The notes below the pieces were generated by a model. The model searched no databases, had not been told where the DNA came from, and saw only the letters and a program-made list of their open reading frames with translations. Shown piece by piece: positions 18,914 through 27,777 of a stretch of DNA of 64,000 nt. Source of the DNA: Dehalococcoidia bacterium (GTDB lineage Bacteria > Chloroflexota > Dehalococcoidia > Lucifugimonadales > UBA3495); the NCBI GenBank assembly GCA_012959605.1, contig DUCU01000095.1, forward strand, positions 5,718-69,717. Reading direction: 5' to 3'. Positions within the stretch are counted from its first letter, which is position 1, and each line of letters opens with the position of its first letter. The position numbers were made by a program, and so were the translations under genes.

Positions 18914-19069
18914 TTAGTTAGTTTTCTGGCATAGCCCAAGGTCGGCTTTGCATTTGGTTTTTTGGGAAATTTGGCGCGGTTCTACCGCTCGGCCCGGCCC
19001 TGGCGTCTTTGGATTGAAGAGGGACTACGGTGCCCAGATATCGGTGCCCAGATAATAGTAGGTGTGTAG

Positions 19070-19654
19070 ATGATAGTAGGCGTGCATGGGACTCTGGAAA
19101 CCACCGGCCCGGATTGGGTCCATGTCCGTGTTGGAGGTGTGACGCTAAACGTGTCCATCCCGGCAAACTCCGTGTCCGGCTTGGGGGCCATCGGTTCCCA
19201 AGTCACGCTGCACACCCATCTCCGTATCCGCGACGATGAACCGGTCTTATTTGGCTTTACCGACCCTGCGTCACTGGGTCTATTTGGCATGCTAACAGCA
19301 GTCTCAGGAGTTGGGCCAAGAACCGCACTGGCCTTGCTATCCAGCCTCGACCCGTCGCGCCTACAGACTGCCATCGTGAGCGGAGATGTTGCGGCGTTGT
19401 CCTCGGCTCAGGGTGTCGGCAGCCGCACTGCCAGCCGGATTATCCTAGACCTCAAAGGCAAGCTAGAAGACGCTGAGTTCGCTGATGTTGGCTTCTCTGA
19501 AGGCACCGATGGCCAAGTGATTGCCGCCCTTGCTGCCTTGGGCTACTCACCCGCGGAAGCTAGGGCTGCTGCTGGTGCTCCCGCCGTCATGGCCGAGAGC
19601 GAGGTCGATGACCGAATTCGCGTCGCTTTGCAACAATTCGCCACTAGAGGCTAA
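19070..19654 (+). CDS. ruvA: Holliday junction branch migration protein RuvA
   Basis: MIVGVHGTLE....V.V.VGGV...V. OB-fold N-terminus, HhH region (FG...F..L..VSGVGPRTAL), C-terminal domain III. Confidence 0.85.
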   Translation: MIVGVHGTLETTGPDWVHVRVGGVTLNVSIPANSVSGLGAIGSQVTLHTHLRIRDDEPVLFGFTDPASLGLFGMLTAVSGVGPRTALALLSSLDPSRLQTAIVSGDVAALSSAQGVGSRTASRIILDLKGKLEDAEFADVGFSEGTDGQVIAALAALGYSPAEARAAAGAPAVMAESEVDDRIRVALQQFATRG

Positions 19655-19978
19655 GACCTTAAATAGTTTGGACTCGAATTGGCGATTCCAATGACCTATT
19701 CCCAAAAGTGATTCATGTTGAATGTCTTTGCAACGAACACGTTGGTTTCAAAGACATTCAGGCCTCTATGAGCCTGTTTGGCAAGTGGTCCAAGCCCAAT
19801 ATCGTGACCCATATTCGCCGCCGAAACGGTGTTCAACTCTATGCGACATGGGTACACGGAGAAGCGGAATTCCTGTCGGCGTAATGCCTCGATAATCTAA
19901 GACAATAGAGACGTGCGGTACTTCGTATCCCCTTATATAATAGCCAGACAAATTTCGTTAGAAGGGACTCGTTAGACG

Positions 19979-22108
19979 ATGGCAACCTACGCTCGCGGTA
20001 AAAAATGGGCCGATGCCGGTAATAACATCCAAAAAACTTGGGACGCGAACATCAAGCCTGATGATCGCAAGTTTAAACTGGTCTCAGATTTCAGCATGAC
20101 CGGTGATCAACCCGCTGCCGTAGCACGATTAGCTGAGGGGGTGGAGAAAGGTTTCACCCGCCAGACCATGCTGGGCGTCACTGGTAGTGGCAAGACCTTC
20201 AGCATGGCCAACATCGTTCAGCAGGTTCAGCGTCCCACACTGGTCATGGCCCACAACAAGACCCTGGCCGCGCAGTTGGCCTCCGAGTTCAAAGAGTTCT
20301 TTCCTCATAACGCGGTCGAATACTTCGTCTCCTACTACGATTATTACCAGCCTGAGGCCTACGTTCCCCATTCTGACACCTACATTGAAAAAGACTCCAG
20401 CGTGAACGAAGAGCTGGACAAACTCCGGCTCTCGACCACAACTTCGCTTCTGACTCGGCGCGACGTCTTAATCGTTGCTTCAGTTTCTTGTATTTACGGT
20501 CTGGGTGATCCGAACGATTACTTCAACTTGGTTGCCCAGGTGAAGGTCGGCGAAAGTCGCAACCGCAGCCAGTTGGTCCGCCAACTGGTGGACATGCAGT
20601 ACGAGCGCAACGACATGGACCTGGCTAGAGCCAAGTTCCGGATTCGCGGCGACACCCTCGAACTTGTTCCGGCCTATGAAGATGCGGCGATTCGCATCCA
20701 GTTCTTCGGAGATGAAGTTGAACGCATCGTCAAAGTGGACCCGTTGACCGGTGAAGTTCTCGATGACCTGCAAGAGTTCTCCATCTACCCGGCCAATCAC
20801 TTCGTTACGTCCAAAGAAAAGATGGAAATGGCAGTCACCACCATCCGCGAGGAATTGATTGAACGCCTAGCGGAACTGAAGCAGGCGGGCAAGATTCTGG
20901 AAGCCGCTCGCCTGGAGAGTCGCACCCACTACGACTTGGAAATGCTCCAGGAGACTGGGTTCTGCTCGGGCGTGGAGAACTACGCCCGCCACCTGTCTCA
21001 GCGACCAAAGGGTAGCCCGCCATGGACTTTGCTGGACTATTTCCCCGACGACTACCTGATGTTTGTGGACGAGTCGCACATGACGCTGCCCCAGGTCAGG
21101 GGGATGTACAAGGGCGACATGTCCCGTAAGTCCACCCTGGTGGACTTTGGTTTCCGCCTTCCATCGGCCATGGACAACCGGCCCTTGAACTTTGAGGAGT
21201 ACGAAGAGCACGTCAACCAGGTGGTCTACGTTTCGGCCACCCCCGGTCCATTTGAACTGCAAAATAGCAGCACGGTGGTTGAGCAGGTGATTCGCCCCAC
21301 TGGATTACTAGACCCCACGGTTGAAGTTAAGCCTACGGAAGGCCAGATCGACGACCTTCTTCAGGAGATAAGGGTCAGAATAGAAAAATCAGAGCGGATT
21401 CTGGTCACCACTCTCACCAAACGGATGGCTGAGGAACTGGCCGACTATCTGTCGGAGATGGGCATCCGCAACACCTACCTACACTCGGATATCCAAACCC
21501 TGGACCGCATCGAGATTCTGCGTGATTTGCGGATTGGTGTCTACGACGTGATTGTAGGCATCAACCTGCTTCGGGAGGGCTTGGACCTTCCGGAGGTCAG
21601 CTTGGTGGCCATCTTGGACGCTGATAAAGAGGGTTACCTGCGGTCTGAAACGTCAATGGTCCAGACCATTGGCCGGGCCGCCCGTCACTCCAACGGCCAC
21701 GTGATCATGTACGCCGACCGCATCACGGACTCCATGCGAAAAGCCATCGACGAGACCAACCGTCGCCGGTCGATCCAAGGTGATCACAATAAACAGCACG
21801 GCATTGAGCCCATGAGTATCCAAAAAGAGGTCCATGACATCACCGAGGGCATCAAGGCCATTGCCGAGAGCCGGACCCGCTATGACGTGGTGCGCAATGA
21901 AATGTCGCGCTCTGACATGTTCAAAGTGGTGAAGGATTTGGAAGTTCAGATGAAGGAATCGGCCAGAGGCCTGCAGTTCGAGAAAGCAGCCCAGTTCCGC
22001 GACGAGATTTTCGAGTTGCGCCGCCTCCTAGCTCTAGAAGAAAAGATTATCGGCCCCGGTGACCTAATGCCCGAGGACGTGTCCGCGCCAGAAGAAGAAC
22101 CGGCTTAG
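19979..22108 (+). CDS. uvrB: Excinuclease ABC subunit B
   Basis: 709 aa. GVTGSGKTF Walker [11 protein letters not shown] beta-hairpin region, C-terminal UVR motif ([11 protein letters not shown]). Confidence 0.95.
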   Translation: MATYARGKKWADAGNNIQKTWDANIKPDDRKFKLVSDFSMTGDQPAAVARLAEGVEKGFTRQTMLGVTGSGKTFSMANIVQQVQRPTLVMAHNKTLAAQLASEFKEFFPHNAVEYFVSYYDYYQPEAYVPHSDTYIEKDSSVNEELDKLRLSTTTSLLTRRDVLIVASVSCIYGLGDPNDYFNLVAQVKVGESRNRSQLVRQLVDMQYERNDMDLARAKFRIRGDTLELVPAYEDAAIRIQFFGDEVERIVKVDPLTGEVLDDLQEFSIYPANHFVTSKEKMEMAVTTIREELIERLAELKQAGKILEAARLESRTHYDLEMLQETGFCSGVENYARHLSQRPKGSPPWTLLDYFPDDYLMFVDESHMTLPQVRGMYKGDMSRKSTLVDFGFRLPSAMDNRPLNFEEYEEHVNQVVYVSATPGPFELQNSSTVVEQVIRPTGLLDPTVEVKPTEGQIDDLLQEIRVRIEKSERILVTTLTKRMAEELADYLSEMGIRNTYLHSDIQTLDRIEILRDLRIGVYDVIVGINLLREGLDLPEVSLVAILDADKEGYLRSETSMVQTIGRAARHSNGHVIMYADRITDSMRKAIDETNRRRSIQGDHNKQHGIEPMSIQKEVHDITEGIKAIAESRTRYDVVRNEMSRSDMFKVVKDLEVQMKESARGLQFEKAAQFRDEIFELRRLLALEEKIIGPGDLMPEDVSAPEEEPA

Positions 22109-22144
22109 GTTTAATTCGAGCTTGGGTTGCCTGATAAAGCAGAC

Positions 22145-22187
22145 AAAAAGAGAGAGGGCACGGAATAATCGTGCCCTCTCTCTTCTT
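22145..22187. terminator. Bidirectional intrinsic terminator after uvrB
   Basis: AAAAAGAGAGAGGGCACG-GAATAAT-CGTGCCCTCTCTCTTCTT (14-bp stem). Confidence 0.7.
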
Positions 22188-22192
22188 AGGTT

Positions 22193-22284
22193 GTCATTCT
22201 GAGGCGTTAGCCGAAGAATCTCGTTACTGGCCATAAAAGTCATTTAGCTGAGCAACGAGACCCTTCGCTGCGGCCCAGGGTGAC
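22193..22284. repeat. ~92-nt imperfect palindromic (REP/MITE-like) intergenic element, copy 2
   Basis: Same arm sequences and orientation as 2905-2995 (GTCATTCTGAGG..GCCGAAGAATCTCGTTACT ... AACGAGACCCTTCGC..CCCAGGGTGAC), with a different loop. Confidence 0.7.
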
Positions 22285-22304
22285 AAACGCGTGAGTACTT
22301 GGCC

Positions 22305-23123
22305 CTACTCCGTGATGTCCCATCCTAAGAAATTGCAGACCGCCTGTCCCATCACCAAATCGAGGTCTGTGCCGGAGAGCCAGGGTAGTTCTTCGGTGAA
22401 CAGGGTTACGCATTGCTTCCAGGAGCAGGGCATGCGGGTGATGTCGGTGCCCCAGAACATGCGCTCTGGGCCAAACGCGTCATATATCTGGTGCAGGTAG
22501 TCGTGGATGCTGCTGTACGGATAAGGCCCGCTGGAATAACTGGGCGCGCCAGTGGCCTTGATGGCCACGTTTGGGTACTTGGCCAGGGCCAACATTTCCG
22601 GAAGTGTGGCAAAGGACTCGGCGTCAGTCTTACCGCCAACACGGCCCAAGTGATCGACGATCAACTTCAAGTTGGGGTGCTTCTCAGCTATTGGGGCGAC
22701 CATCGACATATAATTGGACGCCATCAACGCCACGGGGATGCCCAAGAGTTCCGCCTCAGGCCAGATCCAGTCCATGGTCCCATCCGTGGGCCAAGTTGCT
22801 TGGTGCGGCTGGGTAAAACTGAACCGGAAACCCAGCATGCCAGCTTGGCCCATCCAACCGTCTACCAATGAGCGACTTGCGTCTTGATCAAGGGGGATTT
22901 TGCCCAGGATGGAAAGTCGATTAGGGTGAAGCTTCGCAGCCTCTAAAGCCAGGCCGTCGGAATTCGGGTCCCAGCTTGGCGGATGAATAATGGCCGCATT
23001 TATGCCGCCCTCGTTCATCTCCTTGAGTAGGTCGTCGGTCAGGAAATCTGGGATCTGACGGTGGCCGGGGTTAGCAGGGATATGACCCGCCCAAAGATGT
23101 ACCTGGGCGTCTACAATCAACAT
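22305..23123 (-). CDS. Amidohydrolase-family protein (amidohydrolase_2 / TIM-barrel metal hydrolase)
   Basis: 272 aa. N-terminal IVDAQVHLW metal-ligand motif, and an FGTD-like WGTD near the C-terminus. Confidence 0.8.
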   Translation of the reverse strand: MLIVDAQVHLWAGHIPANPGHRQIPDFLTDDLLKEMNEGGINAAIIHPPSWDPNSDGLALEAAKLHPNRLSILGKIPLDQDASRSLVDGWMGQAGMLGFRFSFTQPHQATWPTDGTMDWIWPEAELLGIPVALMASNYMSMVAPIAEKHPNLKLIVDHLGRVGGKTDAESFATLPEMLALAKYPNVAIKATGAPSYSSGPYPYSSIHDYLHQIYDAFGPERMFWGTDITRMPCSWKQCVTLFTEELPWLSGTDLDLVMGQAVCNFLGWDITE

Positions 23124-23295
23124 TTTGCAGTACTCCTCACGTTTCTAATTCGACTATTTGCTGAGCCCAGCTAATCTACCATACGCAATCAATCCATAGT
23201 AGACATCAACTTAATGCATGCCCCAAATAAAGCCGCCAACAACCCATATTCAGACTGTTGGAGGCTGGTTTACGGAAATTAATGTGCCGAACGTT

Positions 23296-23663
23296 TTATC
23301 CGGCTTTGGCTGGGAACGGTATCGAACCCAGATGAGGCCCAACCCAGTTGAGTTCATTGGCCAAATGCATTGCGCCGGCCGGAACAAACAGGTTACTGGT
23401 CAACTGCCAGCCTGACCCATCCCAGGTAATCTCGGAACCGGGCACTGTGAGCGCACCGGCCATGGAAGGCGGAAGGGTATTCGTCAGGTGGTAGTAATTG
23501 ACGTTGGGCAGGTTCTGTTCCCAGGGACTGGACATTGCGCCGCTCTTGCAGGGATGGGTGTGGCCGTGGTGTCAGCGCCGCAGGCCACCACGAATAATCC
23601 AATGGCCATAAAAATGGCAGCGAATGTCTTCCGAAATCGTAGGGGAACTAGGGTCATCATCAT
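23296..23663 (-). pseudogene. Putative small lipoprotein split over two frames (or two separate small ORFs)
   Basis: Frame A: MMMTLVPLRFRKTFAAIFMAIGLFVVAC-GADTTATPIP (signal peptide plus lipobox), ending at 23484. Frame B: a 79-aa ORF (23535-23296) overlaps it by about 50 nt. Confidence 0.3.
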
Positions 23664-23874
23664 CTCCTGGCATATTTGGTCTTGCACCCTGTTACAGGTG
23701 TCCAAACCATATGATGTGACAACATTCACAAAGGATTCAGCTAAATAGGGGCAATTTAGAAATTGTGAAGAACTCTTGCAATGTCAGCCAGGTTAGCGGT
23801 ACGCGAGGCAATCACTGGGGCTAGTCAAATAGAAACGAATGATCGAGAAGGGTGACGATGAAGGTCAGCAGAGA

Positions 23875-24738
23875 TTACTTGGAAGCCACGGCCTGGTGCA
23901 GTCGGGTTAGCAGCGCTCCGTTTTCCTCGGCGGAGAAGTTGTCGACAGTGGGCACTGCATCTCCGGTGGTGCCGTCGACGACCCCTGATTCAATCATGCC
24001 GTGGAGCATGGCGGTCTCCGACTCCACTGATGGCAGAAGGTTCTGACCAGAGATGCGGGACAAGGCTGCCACAAGGCCATAGCCGCCCCAATTGGACACG
24101 CTGGCTATGACTAAGCGGTCAACCTGGTTTACCGCCGGATAATCGGGCAGGGAGTCAACCTGAGGTATTACTTCGGCCAGGTTGCCCATGCCAATCTCGT
24201 TGCCGCCATCGCCAATGCCAACGGAAGGTACATCAGAGTCGAATAGATAGTCCAACCGGGCGGTATGGCGTGAAATGTCCACGTAGCGCATGTTCAGGTA
24301 GGTGTCTTCTCTAGTCCGGCCGCAACGCTCAATGGAAATCAGAAGCGAAGGTTTAACTTGCTCCAAGATGCCCTTGGCCTGCTTCTTGCTGGAAGCCACG
24401 CCGTCAATCGGGAAATCTATGACATCTGACCCGTTCCCGAATTCACGCAGCACTGGCGTGGTGTACTCGTCGCTGACGTAGGTGACCTTGCGACCCAAGG
24501 CTTTGAGCGCCTCGCCAATGGCAATGGCACCGGACGGCCCGTCTGTCTCTGGTTTCCCAGCCATCACTACGTAGAAGCCGGTGACGATTATGACGTCGCC
24601 AGGATTGTCCATAATGAACTGCGCAGCCTGCGAGCAATAGTCGTCGGGAAGATAGGGGCGCAAGGCAAGCATCCCCCGCTTGTCCTGCGACAGAATGATG
24701 TCTTCGATTGTTTCGCCCATTTGGCCTGTTTCTACCAA
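23875..24738 (-). CDS. DUF4392-domain protein (D-glutamate cyclase-like domain)
   Basis: 287 aa. Pattern ...VIIVTGFYV....PETDGPSGAIAIG.AL..LG... recalled as DUF4392. TTG start preceded by GAGGGTGAGGAA. Confidence 0.6.
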   Translation of the reverse strand: MVETGQMGETIEDIILSQDKRGMLALRPYLPDDYCSQAAQFIMDNPGDVIIVTGFYVVMAGKPETDGPSGAIAIGEALKALGRKVTYVSDEYTTPVLREFGNGSDVIDFPIDGVASSKKQAKGILEQVKPSLLISIERCGRTREDTYLNMRYVDISRHTARLDYLFDSDVPSVGIGDGGNEIGMGNLAEVIPQVDSLPDYPAVNQVDRLVIASVSNWGGYGLVAALSRISGQNLLPSVESETAMLHGMIESGVVDGTTGDAVPTVDNFSAEENGALLTRLHQAVASK

Positions 24739-24774
24739 TTCCTCACCCTCAAGACCAGTTGCTTAATCGGTTGC

Positions 24775-25569
24775 TTAAAGAACTGCGTAGTCAGTGTCCC
24801 GTTTGTTGGTGATAAACATCTTGCCGGGGGCGTGGGTAATCATGAGCGGTGGTTTGCAGTTCAGGGCCACCGCTTGGGGAGTTACTCCACAAGCCCAGAA
24901 CACCGGTTCTTCGTCGTCTTTTATTTCTACCGCGTCGCCAAAGTCGGGCTTGGAGATATCCATGATGCCGATGTCATGAGGAGTGCCGATGTGGATGGGC
25001 GCTCCATGGGTGGCAGGGAACCGGGAGGTCACCTGTACCGCCCGGACAACCTGGCTTCGTTTTATCGGCCTCATGCTGACCACCATTGGGCCGGAGAAGA
25101 TGCCGGCTGGAGTGGTGGGTATGTTGGTGATGTACATTGCTACGTTGTTGCCGGTCTGTTGGTGGCGTAGTGGAATACCCGCGTCAACCATGGCTGCCTC
25201 AAACGAGAAGCTGCAGCCTAGCAAGAATGAGACTAGGTCGTCGCGCCAGTAATCTTCAATTGTGTCGACCTCGGCGGAAAAAATTCCATTCTCGTAGATA
25301 CGATAGCCAGTGGCGTCGGTCCTGATGTCAGCTCCCGCAGACGTAATCACCGGCTCAACCTGTCCCGGCTCAATGACTTCTAGCAGCGGACAGGGTTTTG
25401 GGTTGCGTTGGCAGAACAGCAGAAAATCAAAGGCCAATTCTTTGGGAAGGATGGCCAGGTTGGCCTGTACGTGGCCTGGTGCAACTCCAGAGGTTATGCC
25501 GCGCCAAGCGTGGGACCGGATCTGCTGGCGTACTTCCTGGACTGTGCCGACGACTGTCTGAGTGGCCAT
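24775..25569 (-). CDS. Putative hydro-lyase, UPF0317/DUF1445 family
   Basis: VRQQIRSHAWRGITSGVAPGHVQANLAILPKELAFDFLLFCQRNPKPCPLLEV is the family hallmark. I chose the ATG at 25569 (AGGAAG Shine-Dalgarno upstream) over 25650. Confidence 0.75.
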   Translation of the reverse strand: MATQTVVGTVQEVRQQIRSHAWRGITSGVAPGHVQANLAILPKELAFDFLLFCQRNPKPCPLLEVIEPGQVEPVITSAGADIRTDATGYRIYENGIFSAEVDTIEDYWRDDLVSFLLGCSFSFEAAMVDAGIPLRHQQTGNNVAMYITNIPTTPAGIFSGPMVVSMRPIKRSQVVRAVQVTSRFPATHGAPIHIGTPHDIGIMDISKPDFGDAVEIKDDEEPVFWACGVTPQAVALNCKPPLMITHAPGKMFITNKRDTDYAVL

Positions 25570-25798
25570 AGCTTCACTTCCTATGAATTTCGAATCTCCA
25601 AACAACCCGAAATTAGATGATTGAACTGACTGTCGCTGGGTTACCGCCATGATAGTTCCGCCCTAGTTTAGCGTCAATGATAGTGGATGGTCTTTGCGCC
25701 GGATTGGTAGTTTATGACGAAAATGTTCCTGTGCAACCGAATCTGTTTGTTATACTTTTGCTGGCAACCAAAAAGCCCAGGGAGCATCAGGCCACAGC

Positions 25799-26464
25799 TT
25801 GTATCATCTATTTGTATTGACCAGCCACGGAGGCGCGCCCAGCGGACTGGCGGACACCATCGACCGCGCTGGTATGACGTGCCAGATTGGCGTGGAACTG
25901 GAACAGCTAGGCGATAACGGAAACACCCCTCCAGATGCCGTGCTGTTGGACCTATCTTCCATGGAACAATTGGACGCTAGACATCTGGTTGAAGAGTGTC
26001 ACAAACGGAAACTCCCGGTTTTGATTTCTGTGCCCAGAGATGCCATGGCAGATTACGATTCTTCTTTGAATTCTGACGAAGTTGTAGTCAACCCGGTATC
26101 CGAGGCTGAGCTGACAACTCGGGTAAAACTAGCCATGTACCGGGTCAATGGCCCGGCTGGACCTACCTTACTTCGCGTTGGGGACCTCTCCATCGACCTG
26201 GAACGATACGAAGTGAACGTAGCCGGGCGTCGAGTGGCTTTGACCTATAAAGAGTTTCAATTGCTGGTGCTGCTGGCTTCGAACCCTGGTCGGGTCTACA
26301 CCAGAGAGGCGCTGTTGAGCCAGATATGGGGCTATGACTACCTGGGCGGCACCCGGACTGTAGACGTTCACATTCGGCGGCTCCGCTCCAAGGTGGAAGC
26401 ACCCGGTCGCTCGTTCGTGGAGACCATTTGGAACGTGGGCTACCGGTTCAAAGAACCAGCCTAG
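25799..26464 (+). CDS. OmpR/PhoB-type winged-helix regulator with a degenerate receiver domain
   Basis: C-terminal LTYKEFQLLVLLASNPGRVYTREALL..IWGYDY.GGTRTVDVHIRRLRSK...IWNVGYRF. The N-terminal half lacks the DD pair and the conserved Lys. TTG start is uncertain. Confidence 0.75.
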   Translation: MYHLFVLTSHGGAPSGLADTIDRAGMTCQIGVELEQLGDNGNTPPDAVLLDLSSMEQLDARHLVEECHKRKLPVLISVPRDAMADYDSSLNSDEVVVNPVSEAELTTRVKLAMYRVNGPAGPTLLRVGDLSIDLERYEVNVAGRRVALTYKEFQLLVLLASNPGRVYTREALLSQIWGYDYLGGTRTVDVHIRRLRSKVEAPGRSFVETIWNVGYRFKEPA

Positions 26465-26661
26465 CCAGCCGGGTTGCCCCTTTGGTTTGTCACCTAGACG
26501 AGCCGCCTGAAAACCGCTTTATTCCTCTCCCAACTCCCTTACTGACAGATTTGTTTAGTTTGCCAAAGTATTCTGGGTCGGCTAGCATAACTTGTTGCTT
26601 GGCAACAGAATCAACAAACCAAGGCGCTGGATAAAACATCGCAGGCGCGAAAGAGTTTTTA

Positions 26662-27741
26662 ATGACTATCTATAACTTTGCTGCAGGCCCCGCCACTCTG
26701 CCTGCGCCGGTGCTTCTGGAAGCGCAGAAAGACTTGGTCTCGTTCCCCGGCTCCGGGATGTCCTTGTTGGAGATGAGCCATCGGTCAAAGCCCGTCCAGG
26801 GGATGATCGAGAGCGCAGAAGAGAACATTCGCGCTTTGGCCGGAATACCTGACAATTACCATATTCTCTTTCTCCAGGGCGGAGCTTCAGCGCAATTCTC
26901 CATGGTTCCCATGAACCTGTTGACTCCGGGCGGCAAGGCTGACCATCTGGTCACCGGTAATTTCGCCAACCTGGCCCTGCAAGACGCACAAAAAGTCGGC
27001 GATGTTCGAGTAGCCGGTTCAACTGCGGACCGGAACCACGACCGTGTGCCCACCCCTGACGAGATGACCCTTGACCCCGATGCCGACTACGTTCACTTCA
27101 CGGGGAATAACACCATCTACGGGACCGAGTGGCCGGCAGAACCCGAAGTTGGCAACGTTCCATTGGTTGGGGACCTTTCTTCCAACATATTTAGCAAGCC
27201 CATCGATGTTTCCAAGTACGGGCTGATCTACGCCGGTGCACAGAAAAACTTGGGCGCGGCTGGCGTTACTCTCGTGTTGCTTCGAAATGACCTGTTGACT
27301 CGCAGTCCGGATACACTCCCGGCAATGCTGAATTACAACACCCACAGCAAGGGACATTCCGCCTATAACACTCCTCCGGTGTTTTCCATCTACATCCTCG
27401 GTCTGGTGGTGAAATGGCTGTTAGATCAAGGCGGTCTGGAAAAAATGGCAGCCCAGAACGAAGACAAAGCCAAGCTACTCTACGACCAACTGGAGGCGTC
27501 AGAGTTCTATCGAGGCCACGCACTGCAAGGGAACCGCTCTCGCATGAACGTGACTTTCAACCTGCCCAACCCGGAACTGGAGGCACAGTTTGCCACTGAA
27601 GCCACGGTTGAAGGACTGGTAGAGCTGAAAGGCCACCGTTCCGTGGGCGGAATAAGAGCTTCGATCTACAACGCCTTCCCGAAAGAGGGCGTTGAAACCT
27701 TGGTGTCGTTCATGAAGGAATTTGAGCGGATCAACGGCTAG
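26662..27741 (+). CDS. serC: Phosphoserine aminotransferase
   Basis: MTIYNFAAGPATLP..VL, GGAS.QF, KNLG.AG (PLP Lys), GGIRASIYNA. Confidence 0.9.
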   Translation: MTIYNFAAGPATLPAPVLLEAQKDLVSFPGSGMSLLEMSHRSKPVQGMIESAEENIRALAGIPDNYHILFLQGGASAQFSMVPMNLLTPGGKADHLVTGNFANLALQDAQKVGDVRVAGSTADRNHDRVPTPDEMTLDPDADYVHFTGNNTIYGTEWPAEPEVGNVPLVGDLSSNIFSKPIDVSKYGLIYAGAQKNLGAAGVTLVLLRNDLLTRSPDTLPAMLNYNTHSKGHSAYNTPPVFSIYILGLVVKWLLDQGGLEKMAAQNEDKAKLLYDQLEASEFYRGHALQGNRSRMNVTFNLPNPELEAQFATEATVEGLVELKGHRSVGGIRASIYNAFPKEGVETLVSFMKEFERING

Positions 27742-27777
27742 ACTAAGCAACTTGAACTAAAGAGATCGGAGCCAAGA

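Noticed and set aside
19655-19978. LexA (SOS) box upstream of uvrB
   Set aside because: I looked for GAAC-N4-GTTC or CTGT-N8-ACAG on both strands and found none. CGAACACGTTGG has the wrong spacing and half-site.
23488-23748. 86-aa plus-strand ORF in the low-coding gap
   Set aside because: It is antisense to the lipoprotein signal-peptide ORF, has no ribosome-binding site, and its composition mirrors the opposite strand.
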